Origin: Candidatus Norongarragalinales archaeon
GTDB taxonomy: Archaea > Micrarchaeota > Micrarchaeia > Norongarragalinales > Norongarragalinaceae
Direction of reading: 5' to 3'
Assembly: GCA_038884755.1 (NCBI GenBank)
Contig: JAWABJ010000001.1
Span: 19,856-83,855, forward strand
Length of the DNA stretch: 64,000 bases
Numbering within the stretch: the first letter of the stretch is position 1; the number at the start of each line of letters is the position of its first letter. A model generated the notes under the pieces. It saw only the letters and a program-made list of their open reading frames with translations, ran no database searches and was not told the DNA's origin. The position numbers and the translations under genes were made by a program. Below are positions 37,860-48,212 of this stretch, one piece after another.

Positions 37860-38744
37860 ATGATGCGCTTGGTGGTTTTGGGAAGCGGAGGGTCCATGCC
37901 CACAAAAGACACTCTGCCGGCCGGGTTCGCGTTCAAGTACGGCGGGGTGTATTTATTCGATTGTCCGGAAGCAGCGCAAGTGCAGCTGTTGAGGTGCGGC
38001 GTGGGTTTTGGCGTAGATGCGATCTTCCTTTCGCACTTGCACGCAGACCATTTCCTGGGGTTGTTCGGGCTGGTGCAGAGCATGGGGCTCTTGGGGCGGA
38101 AAGAAGAGCTCAAGATTTTCGGGCCCAAGGGTACGAATGAGTTCTTGTCGAAAATCTTTTCCCTGCCGCACTTGCGCCCGGTTTTTCCTATCGCTATTAA
38201 AGACGTTTCTTCCGGCGTTTTCTTCAAAACGCCTTTGTTTTCCGTGAAGGCTTTTGCGGTTAAGCACAACTGCCCTGCGCTTGGCTACGCGCTGCAAGAG
38301 CCGTCGAAGTGGAATTTCGACGAGAAAAAAGCGAAGTTGCTGGGCGTGCGCGGGAAATTGTTTTCCGACCTGCTAGCGCGCGGGAAAGTGAAAATCGGGA
38401 GGAAGACCGTGAAGCTCGAGGACGTCGCTTGTGAGAGGCAGGGAAAGAAAATAGTTTTCACTGGAGATTCCTTGCCGTGCAGGGAAATCGTGAAAAACGC
38501 CGAGAACGCCGACTTGCTTGTGCACGATTCTTGCTTCGCTTCTGCTGAAGAGGGGGCGGCGAAGGAAAAGTTTCATTCCACTTCGCGGCAGGCTGCGCAG
38601 ACGGCGTCGAAGGCGAAGGTGAAAAAACTCTTGCTTTCGCACGTGAGCAACCGTTACGAGGACCGGAGCGTGGTGCTGCGTGAGGCTAAGGAAGTTTTTC
38701 CGGACAGCGTGATGGCTAAGGAAGGCATGGAATTATTTATTTGA
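37860..38744 (+). CDS. rnz: Ribonuclease Z
   Basis: LGSGGSMP, FDCPE, SHLHADH, exosite, KFHST, SHVSNRY. Confidence 0.93.
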   Translation: MMRLVVLGSGGSMPTKDTLPAGFAFKYGGVYLFDCPEAAQVQLLRCGVGFGVDAIFLSHLHADHFLGLFGLVQSMGLLGRKEELKIFGPKGTNEFLSKIFSLPHLRPVFPIAIKDVSSGVFFKTPLFSVKAFAVKHNCPALGYALQEPSKWNFDEKKAKLLGVRGKLFSDLLARGKVKIGRKTVKLEDVACERQGKKIVFTGDSLPCREIVKNAENADLLVHDSCFASAEEGAAKEKFHSTSRQAAQTASKAKVKKLLLSHVSNRYEDRSVVLREAKEVFPDSVMAKEGMELFI

Positions 38745-38771
38745 ATCCCTTCTTTTTTCGGTGCGTTTGCA

Positions 38772-39260
38772 ATGGAACGGAATGAAATCGCTTTAGCAGC
38801 AATAGTCGTTTTGGTTGTTTTCGCCGCCGTGTTTTTTTTCCTTTCGGAAAAAAGCAAGTCGGGCGAGACGCTAGTGGAAAACAGCCTTTTGGTAAAGTCG
38901 GGCGATCCGGTGGGTGAAATCCAAAAGCGCATTCCCGAAAAGCGGGTTTTGATAGAGCAACGGCTTTTCGAGGGGAACAGCTCGAAAAACTCGGTTGTCA
39001 CCATAATGTCTTCCGAAATAGCGAGGAGCCTGGCGTTGAGAAGGCTCAACGTTTCCGTATATGCCGTAGTCGAAGGCGGGGAGAACGTTTGTTTTGACAC
39101 CGACTGCACCGGCGCGAGCGTGGCGGTGCAAATCGGAGAATGCAATTGCGTGCGTTTCGACGAAACGCGCGTGATAGTGGAAGGGGACGAAAAGTTTTTG
39201 GTGGACCAGAGCGTGAGGGTGGGAAGGCTTCTTGGTTTTGCGGTTTTGAAGAGGGCGTGA
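38772..39260 (+). CDS. Membrane-anchored hypothetical protein
   Basis: N-terminal TM, 4 Cys. Confidence 0.6.
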   Translation: MERNEIALAAIVVLVVFAAVFFFLSEKSKSGETLVENSLLVKSGDPVGEIQKRIPEKRVLIEQRLFEGNSSKNSVVTIMSSEIARSLALRRLNVSVYAVVEGGENVCFDTDCTGASVAVQIGECNCVRFDETRVIVEGDEKFLVDQSVRVGRLLGFAVLKRA

Positions 39261-39264
39261 AGAT

Positions 39265-40740
39265 ATGCTCAAGGAACTGGAAAAAAGCGTGTTGTCGAAA
39301 GTCCAGGAAAAAAGGGAGGCGGTGGAACTAGCGAAGCTGTGCGGCGTTCCCTTGTCTTCGGTGATGAGCGCGGTGGAAAGCTTGCGCGAAAGGGGTTTTG
39401 TAGCGACCGAAGTTCACGCTTCGTTCGAGTATGCCTTGACCCAAGAGGGTGCGGAAAGCGCGGTCAAGGGACTGCCTGAGGAAAAGCTCGCCCAGGCGCT
39501 GTCGAAAACCAAGAGTTCTTCAATCCAGGAATTAAAGGAAGCGCTGGCTTCGAAAAGCCCTTTGGAAGGCGGGCTTTCTCCCGAAGAGTTCGGCATCGCG
39601 CTGCAGTGGGCTAAGGCGCTTTCGCTCGTTGAAATAAGGCAGGGCTCGCTTGCGTACCGCTCGCCAGTGTCGCCCCACGCTTTGCTTTTGGAAAAAATCG
39701 GCAAGGGAACCGCTCAATCCGGTCTTTCCGAAGCTGAGTTGAAGGTTTTCGGCGAGTTGGAAAAAAGAAAGCTCGCCGAGCGGAAGGTTTTGAAGAAAGT
39801 TTTCGTGCAAGCCACGCCTTCGGGCGTCAAGGCGTTGCAGGAAGAGCGCGGCGACGTGATTACGCAATTAACTCCCCAGTTGTTGAAAACGCGCGGTTGG
39901 GAGGGTAAGAAATTCGCTCCTTATGACGTTTCGTCTCTCCACTCGACTGGATTTTTGTACGGAAAAAAACACGCTTACAAGCAACTGCTTTTGGAAATAA
40001 GGCAAAAGCTCGTGGGTATGGGTTTCGTGGAAGAACACGGGCCGTTGGTTGAATTGGAATTCTGGAACATGGACGCTTTATTCATGGCGCAAGACCATCC
40101 TGCACGCGAGATACACGACGTTTTCCAAATCGAAGACCCGGCGCGCGGGGAGATTCTCGAAAAAAAGCTTTTGGAGAGCGTGCGCTCTGCGCACGAGAAG
40201 GGTTTGGACGGAAGCAAGGGCTGGCGTTACAAGTGGGACCCTGAAATTTCGACGAGGTTGGTGTTGAGGTCTCACACCACGCCCGTTTCCGCCCGCAATC
40301 TCTATAAAGGCGTGAAGCCGCCTCAACGGATTTTCTGTGTAGGTCGGGTTTTCCGGCCGGATGAAATCGACTGGAAGCATTTCATCGAATTCAACCAATG
40401 CGAGGGCATAGTAATGGACGAGAGCATGAGCTTCCGTGAATTGCTGGGTTATCTGAAGGAATTCGCACTCGAAGTTTTCGGGGCAAAGGAAGTGCGCTTT
40501 GCACCTTCTTATTTTCCTTTCACCGAGCCGAGCGTGGAGCTTATGGCTAAAATCCCGGGCAAAGGCTGGGCTGAAGTGGGCGGAGCGGGAATGTTCAGGC
40601 CGGAAATGCTTAAAGCGTTGGGCGTCAATGTCCCAGTGTTAGCGTGGGGCTTGGGCATCGACCGTTTGGCGATGATTAAACTTGGGTTAAAGGACATACG
40701 CGATTTGTTCACCCAGGACTTGTCGAAGTTGAGGGCGTAA
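39265..40740 (+). CDS. pheS: Phenylalanyl-tRNA synthetase alpha subunit
   Basis: QDHPARE, LRSHTT, YFPFTEPS, GMFRPEML, WGLGIDR. Confidence 0.96.
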   Translation: MLKELEKSVLSKVQEKREAVELAKLCGVPLSSVMSAVESLRERGFVATEVHASFEYALTQEGAESAVKGLPEEKLAQALSKTKSSSIQELKEALASKSPLEGGLSPEEFGIALQWAKALSLVEIRQGSLAYRSPVSPHALLLEKIGKGTAQSGLSEAELKVFGELEKRKLAERKVLKKVFVQATPSGVKALQEERGDVITQLTPQLLKTRGWEGKKFAPYDVSSLHSTGFLYGKKHAYKQLLLEIRQKLVGMGFVEEHGPLVELEFWNMDALFMAQDHPAREIHDVFQIEDPARGEILEKKLLESVRSAHEKGLDGSKGWRYKWDPEISTRLVLRSHTTPVSARNLYKGVKPPQRIFCVGRVFRPDEIDWKHFIEFNQCEGIVMDESMSFRELLGYLKEFALEVFGAKEVRFAPSYFPFTEPSVELMAKIPGKGWAEVGGAGMFRPEMLKALGVNVPVLAWGLGIDRLAMIKLGLKDIRDLFTQDLSKLRA

Positions 40741-40743
40741 AAA

Positions 40744-42354
40744 ATGGTTTCTATCCGAGTAAGCAAAAAGGGGTTGTTCAAGAGAATCGGGGCGAAGGTG
40801 AGTGAAGACAAGGTTTACGAAGCGCTGCACCAGACCAAAGTGGTTTTTGAAGGGGAAGAGCGCGGAACTGTTTCGCTGGAAATAACTGCCGACAGGCCGG
40901 ACTTGCTTTCGCTGCAGGGCGTTGCGCGCGCGGTGCGCGGGTTCTTGGGTATTGAAAAGGGAATGCCCAAAATGCTTTTGCAGGAAAGCCCTTTTGTGTT
41001 GCACATAGACAAGAGCGTCGCGAAAGTGAGGCCGGTCATAGCGTGCGCGCTCGTCGAGGGTGTGAAGCTTGACGGCGCGGGTTTCGAAGAGCTGATTCAA
41101 ACGCAGGAAAAGCTCACGCTCACGCACGGACGGAGGCGGAGGAAAGTCGCGATCGGAGTGCACGACGCTTCGCAAATTCGGTTTCCCTTGGTTTACAAGG
41201 CCATTCCATCTTCCTCTCCAGTCCAGTTCGTGCCGTTGAACGAAACCAGGAAAATGACCGTCGCGCAAGTGATGCGCGAGCACGAAAAGGGAATGGAATA
41301 CGGGTTTACGCTTGCAGGGCAGCCGTTTTATCCCGTGATTTTCGACGATTACGGGGACATAATTTCCTTTCCTCCCATAATCAACTCCGCCAAGACGACT
41401 GTTTCCACTCGGACGACGAAGCTGTTGCTTGACGTTACTGGAACGGATTTCGAGGCGTGCAACGCCGCGCTCAACATTTTGTGCCAGGATTTCGCAGACG
41501 ACGGCGCTCGGGTTTATTCCGTCAAAACCGGCTCGAGGTGGACGCCGGAAATTGCTCCTGAAAAAATAAGTTTAGACGCGGGGAAGGCGGGAAAGCTGCT
41601 CGGCCTGCAGTTGAGCGCAAGGCAGGCTGCCGACTGCCTGCAAAAGCAGAGGCTTGGTGCAAGGGTTTCCGGAAGCAAAATTGAAGTTTCAATTCCTAGA
41701 TACCGGACGGACTTCTTGCATTGGATTGACTTGGTCGAGGAAATTGCGATTGGCTACGGCTACAACGAGTTCGAACCGAAAACGCCTGGCGTTTTCACTA
41801 TAGGTCGCTTGAGCCAAGAAACGCTTTTGGAGGAAAGGCTGAGGGATTTGATGGTCGGCGCGGGGTTCGTGGAACAGTGGACTTATATCCTCACTTCGGC
41901 TTCAAAACACCCTGCAGGGGAAATAGTGAGAATAAAAAACCCTGTTTCGAGCGATTACAACGCAATTCGTTCGTCGCTTTTGCCTTCGCTTTTCGACACT
42001 CTTTCGAAAAACACGCACGAGGCTTACCCGCAAAAAGTTTTTGAAGCCGGCGAGGTGGTGGTGAAAGATGCAAAGCATCCCAACCGCACCGTTTCCCAAA
42101 GGCGATTGGGTTGCGTTTTTGCCGGCGCCCAAGCGAACTTCAGCGAAATCGCTTCGCTTGCACTGAAGGCTGCGAGAGTGCGGTGGAACGGCGTTTCTTT
42201 CAGGAAGGCCGAACGCGAGGGTTTCATCGAGGGAAGGTGCGTTTCGCTTTGGGTGGCCGGAAAGGAAATAGGCTTTGCTGGCGAAGCACACCCGTCTGCG
42301 TTGGAAAAAATGCAGGTCGAAGTGCCGGTAGTGGCGTTCGAACTCGTGGTTTGA
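40744..42354 (+). CDS. pheT: Phenylalanyl-tRNA synthetase beta subunit
   Basis: DRPDLLS, QEKL...GR.R.KVAIGVHD, SFPPIIN, YRTD..H..DLVEEIAIGYGY. Confidence 0.95.
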   Translation: MVSIRVSKKGLFKRIGAKVSEDKVYEALHQTKVVFEGEERGTVSLEITADRPDLLSLQGVARAVRGFLGIEKGMPKMLLQESPFVLHIDKSVAKVRPVIACALVEGVKLDGAGFEELIQTQEKLTLTHGRRRRKVAIGVHDASQIRFPLVYKAIPSSSPVQFVPLNETRKMTVAQVMREHEKGMEYGFTLAGQPFYPVIFDDYGDIISFPPIINSAKTTVSTRTTKLLLDVTGTDFEACNAALNILCQDFADDGARVYSVKTGSRWTPEIAPEKISLDAGKAGKLLGLQLSARQAADCLQKQRLGARVSGSKIEVSIPRYRTDFLHWIDLVEEIAIGYGYNEFEPKTPGVFTIGRLSQETLLEERLRDLMVGAGFVEQWTYILTSASKHPAGEIVRIKNPVSSDYNAIRSSLLPSLFDTLSKNTHEAYPQKVFEAGEVVVKDAKHPNRTVSQRRLGCVFAGAQANFSEIASLALKAARVRWNGVSFRKAEREGFIEGRCVSLWVAGKEIGFAGEAHPSALEKMQVEVPVVAFELVV

Positions 42355-42364
42355 TTTTTACGCT

Positions 42365-43867
42365 TCAAACGACGTCGATTATCACGCGCTCGACTTCGAT
42401 TATTTTCACGGTTTTCAGCTGTTCCAGCGCGAAGTCGATTTTTTCTTTCCTTTCGGCGTACATTTCGAACAGGACGTCGCCCTTGTCCACGTGCTCTCCC
42501 TTGGAAACCATGAAAATCATTCCGGCTTTCTTGTCTTTCGGCGCGCCAAGCGCCCTGCAGACGCGCGATATCGCGCGGTTGTCTATGTGTTCGACGCGCC
42601 CTTCTTCGCCAGCCTTCACTATGTGCTTGTACTTTCCGGGCTTGAGGCTTTCCGGCGTCACGTTGGGGTCTCCCCCTTGCGCTTGCAGGATTTGCCTGAA
42701 TTTTTCAAGCGCTTTTCCGCTCAACACCTGCCTTTTCGCGAGCTTGTAGCCTTCTTCCCTGCTTATTCCCTTCACCATGCTCAGCAGTATCCCGCTCATC
42801 GAACAGGCTTTTTCGAGCAGCGCGTGGTTGTGCTGGTTTGAAAGCGTTTCCAAAACCGTGCGGGCTTCGAGCACCGGGCCTATGGTTTCGACCAGCGGCC
42901 CGCTTCCGTCGGTGATGGTGCTTTCGACTTTCATTCCCAACAGCGAACCTATTGCGGAAAAGTCCGCCGCAAGTTCCTTCGCCGCTTTCACGTCGTTCAG
43001 CTTCGCCCCTTTTCCGACGGGCAGGTCTATCAAGACGAATTTCGCGCCTTCCGCCTTTTTTTTGGCGAGAATGCTCGACAGCAAGAGCGGCTTGGGGTCG
43101 AGGCGGAGGGGATTGCGTATTTTGATGAGCTTGTCGTCGGCCGAAGCCATGTTCAGCGCTCCTCCCCAAACGAGGCAGCCGCCGGTTTTTTTCACTACTT
43201 GGCCGACTTTTTTTATGGGCAGGGCGACCGGCGCCAAGACTTCCATGACGTCGGCTGTTCCCGCGGCTGAGGATATCGCGCGAGAGCAGGTTTTCGGTAT
43301 GACGAAGCCGAGCGAAGCCATTATCGGCACGAGAATCATGGAAACCCTGTCGCCCGCAACGCCGCCTATGCTGTGTTCGGAAACCACCTTTCCGCTTTTG
43401 AAGTGCAGCTGCTCGCCGGACGAGTAAATCGCTTTGGTGAGTGCGACGGTCTCGTCGGTGTTCAGCCCGCGCGTGTAGATGCCCGCGATGAAAGCCGCAA
43501 GTTCCGCTTGGCTCAGGCTTTCGGAATTCAAGTCGCGTATTATCGAGGCGATTTCCCACTCGCTTAGGATTCCGCCGTCGAGCTTTTTCCTGATCAAGTC
43601 CAGGCTGGACGGCCTTTGTATGACTTCGACCTTTATCCTGTCGCCGTTTTTCGCCTTGAGGGCGTCGGCAACTTCCCTGAAAACCCCGATAGTGCCTTGC
43701 GGGACGCAGCCCACGCAAACGTCCACCATCGCGGTTATGCTCTTGCTTCTTAGAGTGATTTTAACTCTGTCCATTATTCCCAAGTCCATTTGCTTGGCCT
43801 GGTCTTCGCTCAAGACGATTTCGTTCTGCCCTTGTTCGATGTCGAAAACCGCGGCTTTAAGTTCCAT
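42365..43867 (-). CDS. AMP phosphorylase (thymidine phosphorylase family)
   Basis: HSIGGVAG, IPKTCSRAISSAAGTADVME, SSILAKK, ILQAQGG, GAPKDKKAG; start at 43867. Confidence 0.92.
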   Translation of the reverse strand: MELKAAVFDIEQGQNEIVLSEDQAKQMDLGIMDRVKITLRSKSITAMVDVCVGCVPQGTIGVFREVADALKAKNGDRIKVEVIQRPSSLDLIRKKLDGGILSEWEIASIIRDLNSESLSQAELAAFIAGIYTRGLNTDETVALTKAIYSSGEQLHFKSGKVVSEHSIGGVAGDRVSMILVPIMASLGFVIPKTCSRAISSAAGTADVMEVLAPVALPIKKVGQVVKKTGGCLVWGGALNMASADDKLIKIRNPLRLDPKPLLLSSILAKKKAEGAKFVLIDLPVGKGAKLNDVKAAKELAADFSAIGSLLGMKVESTITDGSGPLVETIGPVLEARTVLETLSNQHNHALLEKACSMSGILLSMVKGISREEGYKLAKRQVLSGKALEKFRQILQAQGGDPNVTPESLKPGKYKHIVKAGEEGRVEHIDNRAISRVCRALGAPKDKKAGMIFMVSKGEHVDKGDVLFEMYAERKEKIDFALEQLKTVKIIEVERVIIDVV

Positions 43868-44030
43868 GCTGTTCGCTCTCCAAAGCAAATGCTTTTTATT
43901 CGCTATGCAAATATAATTGTGTTCGTTAAACCCCCCACTGGAGGGCAGGCTCGCAAGAGCAGGGGGTTTTAAAGCGTGCAGGGCAATTTGTTTTTCGTAA
44001 ACACGCGTTTTTGCAAGAGGGTGTTTTTGC

Positions 44031-45131
44031 ATGGCAAGGCCAGATTTTGACAAGATGTTCGGAAACAGGAGTTCGGTCGAGCTTCCGGGTACCGGCAAGC
44101 CTTTGACCAAGGAAGACGAGGAGTTGATGCAATTCCTGTCAGAAAGCGCACCCAAAATTGCTATTGTCGGGGCCGGCGGAAGCGGAACGAACACTCTCAA
44201 CCGCCTTGCGGAGCTCAGCGTCGCGGGCGCGAAGGTTTTTGCAACTAACACTGACGCCCAGCACTTGATGACCATCAAGGCTGACAAGAAGATTCTGATG
44301 GGCAAGATGAAGACCAAAGGCAGGGGTGCCGGAAGCAATCCTGAAGTCGGCGAGGCTGCTGCCCTCGAAACGCGGGAGGAGTTCAAGAAAGCGTTGGAAG
44401 GATATGACTTGGTTTTCGTGACTTGCGGGCTTGGCGGCGGGACTGGAACCGGAAGCGCGCATGTGATAGCTTCTTCTGCCAAGGAGAACGGCGCGCTCGT
44501 GATAGCGGTTGTCACCTTGCCGTTTACTTCCGAAGGCACCAAGCGCATGCGCAACGCGATGGTAGGGTTGGAAAAGCTCAAGAAAGTCGCCGACACTTGC
44601 ATAGTCATTCCAAACGACAAGCTGCTTTACTTTGTTGCTGACCTTCCTTTGAATTCGGCGTTCAAGACGAGCGACATGGTGCTCGCGAATGCAGTCAAAG
44701 GAATAACCGAACTCATAACGAAACCTGGACTGGTGAACTTGGATTTCGCCGACGTGCGCACCATCCTGGAAAAAAGCGGGAGTGCGATGATTGGGTTGGG
44801 GGAAGTTTCTACTCCCGACCAGCGCAACAAAGTGGTGCTTGCGGCTGAAAAGGCGTTGAGTTCTCCGCTGTTGGACTTGGACATAAGGCAGGCGGACAAG
44901 GTTTTGATAAACATCACGGGCGGGAGCGACATGACTCTTGGCGAAGCCGAGGCTGCGGTGCAGGCGATAGGCGCGAGAGTAGCGAAAGAAGCGCACATAA
45001 TTTGGGGCGCGGCGGTCGACAACACGATGCAGAACACGAACGTGCGAGTTCTTGCAGTTCTCGCTGGCATCAAGGACGAAGGAGCGCCCGGCGGGGAAGA
45101 GCAAGAGCCCATAGATTTGGAGTTCATTTGA
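44031..45131 (+). CDS. ftsZ: Cell division protein FtsZ
   Basis: GAGGSG, NTDAQHL, GLGGGTGTG, NLDFAD. Confidence 0.97.
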   Translation: MARPDFDKMFGNRSSVELPGTGKPLTKEDEELMQFLSESAPKIAIVGAGGSGTNTLNRLAELSVAGAKVFATNTDAQHLMTIKADKKILMGKMKTKGRGAGSNPEVGEAAALETREEFKKALEGYDLVFVTCGLGGGTGTGSAHVIASSAKENGALVIAVVTLPFTSEGTKRMRNAMVGLEKLKKVADTCIVIPNDKLLYFVADLPLNSAFKTSDMVLANAVKGITELITKPGLVNLDFADVRTILEKSGSAMIGLGEVSTPDQRNKVVLAAEKALSSPLLDLDIRQADKVLINITGGSDMTLGEAEAAVQAIGARVAKEAHIIWGAAVDNTMQNTNVRVLAVLAGIKDEGAPGGEEQEPIDLEFI

Positions 45132-45183
45132 TTTTTCTTTCTTTTTGAAAAGAAAGAAAACGGGAAAAGGTTTTTTTTTGAAA

Positions 45184-45372
45184 ATGGTTGACTTGAGCGG
45201 AATCGGGCAGGGCGTGAGCGGGTTCATCGAGCAGTCGCAGCGCGTCATAAGCATTACTTACAAGCCTAGGGACGTGGAGTTCAGGCAAATGGCTTTCACC
45301 ACCGCGATAGGAATGCTTTTGCTCGGCGTGATAGGGTTCGTGATTACGCTCGTTTCTTTCGTGTACCGTTGA
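45184..45372 (+). CDS. secE: Protein translocase SecE / Sec61 gamma
   Basis: RV..ITYKP...EF, G..LLGVIGFVI; conserved position between ftsZ and spt5. Confidence 0.88.
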   Translation: MVDLSGIGQGVSGFIEQSQRVISITYKPRDVEFRQMAFTTAIGMLLLGVIGFVITLVSFVYR

Positions 45373-45393
45373 TTGGGGAGTTGAAAAAACAAA

Positions 45394-45843
45394 ATGTTGT
45401 TCGCATACCGGGTTACCGCGGGGCAAGAGAGCATTGTCGCTGATTTGCTTTCCGAGAAAGTGCGCAAGTCGAGCGCGCCCATTCAGGCTATAATCGTTTC
45501 CCCCCGCTTGAAAGGGTATTTGATGGTGGAAGGGGCGGACCAGGCGGAAGTGAAAAAGCTCGTCGCAGGAGTTCCGCACGTCAAGGGGGTTTTGGCGAAG
45601 AGCATCGAGATAGGCGAAATCAAGGAGCTTTTGGAAAGCGCGCCAGTGGAAATCAACCTCGAGCGCGGGCAGCTCGTGGAAATAACGAGCGGGCCGTTCA
45701 AGGGAGAAAAGGCGAAGATAGTGCGCATCGACGAGGCGAAGGAAGACGTGACTGTGGAGTTGGTGGAAGTGGCGGTGCCTATCCCTGTCACAATCAAGCT
45801 CGACACGATTAAAGTCTTGCCTCAAGGCCAGCAGCACGGCTGA
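45394..45843 (+). CDS. spt5: Transcription elongation factor Spt5/NusG
   Basis: VTAGQE, LKGYLMVE, KOW motif VEITSGPFKGEKA. Confidence 0.95.
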   Translation: MLFAYRVTAGQESIVADLLSEKVRKSSAPIQAIIVSPRLKGYLMVEGADQAEVKKLVAGVPHVKGVLAKSIEIGEIKELLESAPVEINLERGQLVEITSGPFKGEKAKIVRIDEAKEDVTVELVEVAVPIPVTIKLDTIKVLPQGQQHG

Positions 45844-45846
45844 GCC

Positions 45847-47553
45847 TCACGCGCTTTTGATGCATTCGGGGATTATTCTCCTTGCAACAGCAAACCCGTT
45901 TTTGATTCCGTTCCTGCAGATGTTTCCATAAACCACTTTTCCCTTGCTGGAGCTTGCGTGAATCATGGTGCACTCGCCGTAAGGCGCGTTCGGAATAGCG
46001 TTTCCAACGTAAAGCATCACGTGGCTCATAGTCTGCCACGAATATCTTTTTCGGTTGGGGTTCACCCGCAGGAAAAGCAAATCTCCCGGAACTATGTCTT
46101 TCCGGTTTACGGCAACGCCTTTGGTCGCCTGGAGCGTTGCGAGGTGCGCGAGCGGAATTCCTATTTTCTGGTAGGCTTTCAGCGTCAATCCCGAGCAATC
46201 CACTCCCCTCGTTATGCTTTCGCCACCCCAAACGTACGGGAGGTTCAAGTACCTCTGGGCTTCCTTGATTACCTTTTGCGCCTGCTCTTGGCATTTGGAC
46301 GTGGTTTTTTTGTTTTCGGGGTTGCTGACAGGCTCTAGTTCGGAGGAAACAGAATTAAATTCCTCGAGGCTCACTTGCCGTTCGTAATCCCGCTTTTCTT
46401 CTGGCGTGGTTTCAACGTGGTTGACCTTCACGACTATCGGAATGCTTTTGCTTTCCGCCTGTAGCCTCGAAAAGAAGACGAATAGTTTGTTTTGCGATTC
46501 GTCGAAGTCGAAAAACCCGTACTCGTCCGTGTCCCTGCTGGCGAAGTCGGCGTTGATTTCGAAAGAGTATTGTGTTGGCGTCGTTTGCCTGGTGGTTACC
46601 TGAAGGTAGTCTTTACCATCGCCTTCAACCCTTACTAGCGCAGAACCCAAGTCGACCTTGGATTCAGCGGTGAATTCCAGGACGTCGGTCGGTTCGTCCT
46701 CGCTTATTTCGAGGATTACCGATTGAGGCAGCTGTGGGAATTCGAATCCAGTGATGTCGGTTTGCTGGCTTTGCCGGGTTATGTTGGCCTGCGTTTGCTT
46801 GAGGCGGTCGAGAAAACTTTGGGGCGGCGGCGTTGGTGAACCCGAGGGGGAGACGATAGTCGCAGGAGTCGGGGTTGCCGAAGCCTCGTCTTTCGCTTTC
46901 TTCACTTCGTCCAGAAACTCGCCCAACCCTTTCGCGGTTTCCTCGACGGTATTCTCGTTTTGCCTTGCTTTGAGCATGGCTTCGTTGAGCTTTTCCTCGA
47001 AAACCTCCCTTTCGTCGTCTTCCATGCGCTCCAACAGAGAGCTTGCCTTGCGCAAGACTGGCTCGAGGGTTTTCTTTTCCTCTTCGCTCAATCCTTTCGG
47101 CGAGAAAACGTGGATGGGCTTTTTGGCTATGGGGAACAAAGTGAATTTTTTGCTTTCAGTCTTGCGCTCGAAAGACTGTCCCGGTCCGAGCGTAATCGCA
47201 GTATGCCTCAAGACCGGCGGTTCGCTGTTGTCGAAAAACGTGGTTTTCGCTTCAGCCCGCTCGGAGTTCGCGAAAAACACTTCCTGCGAGTTTTCGGCTA
47301 CAGACGGAGGAATGACGTCTATCACTCCGAACTCGACGCCTTGCGTGCCTTGATTTTCGTAAACCACAACGTCCCCCGTGGGGGTGAAAGTTTTTTTGAC
47401 TGCGACGGCCTGCCCGTCGATGGAATAGTTTTTCCCTTCGGGGGTTTTTTGCTTTGACGTCTCCAAAACAGGAGGACTGGGGTTGAGGATTGCAAGCAAG
47501 GCGAGCAGAACGAAGAAAATTGCGATGCCAACTTTGTAGTCGGAAAGTTGCAT
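45847..47553 (-). CDS. Membrane-anchored protein with C-terminal NlpC/P60 (C40) cysteine peptidase domain
   Basis: N-terminal TM; C-terminal YLNLPYVWGG...GVDCSGL...PGDLLF...SHVMLY...MIHASS. Confidence 0.85.
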   Translation of the reverse strand: MQLSDYKVGIAIFFVLLALLAILNPSPPVLETSKQKTPEGKNYSIDGQAVAVKKTFTPTGDVVVYENQGTQGVEFGVIDVIPPSVAENSQEVFFANSERAEAKTTFFDNSEPPVLRHTAITLGPGQSFERKTESKKFTLFPIAKKPIHVFSPKGLSEEEKKTLEPVLRKASSLLERMEDDEREVFEEKLNEAMLKARQNENTVEETAKGLGEFLDEVKKAKDEASATPTPATIVSPSGSPTPPPQSFLDRLKQTQANITRQSQQTDITGFEFPQLPQSVILEISEDEPTDVLEFTAESKVDLGSALVRVEGDGKDYLQVTTRQTTPTQYSFEINADFASRDTDEYGFFDFDESQNKLFVFFSRLQAESKSIPIVVKVNHVETTPEEKRDYERQVSLEEFNSVSSELEPVSNPENKKTTSKCQEQAQKVIKEAQRYLNLPYVWGGESITRGVDCSGLTLKAYQKIGIPLAHLATLQATKGVAVNRKDIVPGDLLFLRVNPNRKRYSWQTMSHVMLYVGNAIPNAPYGECTMIHASSSKGKVVYGNICRNGIKNGFAVARRIIPECIKSA

Positions 47554-47684
47554 AGCATTCAACACTCAAAACAAAGTCTTAAATAATTGCTTTGGGCAAG
47601 TTTTGTTGCAGCTTCTATTATTTCGAATGCGTTGTTAGATAGTTTAGTTTGGAGTTTTGAATTTCAAAAAAGGTGTTTGCACAT

Positions 47685-48179
47685 ATGGCGAGACAGACGA
47701 TTGCGGCGATGGTTGAAGGCGGGAAAGCGAGCGCAGCCCCTCCTTTGGGTCCGGCTCTCGGGCCAAGCGGATTGAACATTGGCGAAGTCATTGCTAAAAT
47801 CAACGAGAGGACGAAAGATTTCGCTGGGATGCAGGTTCCCATTAAAGTGATTTTTGAAAAAGGCAGCAAGACTTTCGAAATCGAAGTTGGAACGCCTCCA
47901 ACGAGCGCGTTGGTGAAGAAAGAACTTGGCATCAACGCGCCGGTGAAGGAAGAGGCGGGAGTGAAAGGAAAGAAGACAATCGGAAACCTGAGCATAACGC
48001 AAATAGTGAAGATTGCGAACATGAAGCGCGATTCTTCGCTCGCTACCACTCTCAAGCAGCAGGCGAAGGAAGTTGCCGGAACGTGCTTGAGTTTAGGAGT
48101 CACAATTGAGGGGAAGAATGCGCGAGAATTTATTAAGGTAGTAAATGAAGGGTTGTTCGACTCGCAACTGGCGGGCTAG
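47685..48179 (+). CDS. rpl11: 50S ribosomal protein L11
   Basis: GGKASAAPPLGPALGP, VGTPPTS. Confidence 0.96.
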   Translation: MARQTIAAMVEGGKASAAPPLGPALGPSGLNIGEVIAKINERTKDFAGMQVPIKVIFEKGSKTFEIEVGTPPTSALVKKELGINAPVKEEAGVKGKKTIGNLSITQIVKIANMKRDSSLATTLKQQAKEVAGTCLSLGVTIEGKNAREFIKVVNEGLFDSQLAG

Positions 48180-48212
48180 TGTTTTTATTTTCGTTCGACT
48201 CCTATTTTTCTC

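Noticed and set aside
43868-44620. 751-aa ORF 42365..44620 suggesting an N-terminally extended AMP phosphorylase
   Set aside because: The extension is the antisense shadow of ftsZ plus intergenic DNA; the real start is MELKAAVFD at 43867
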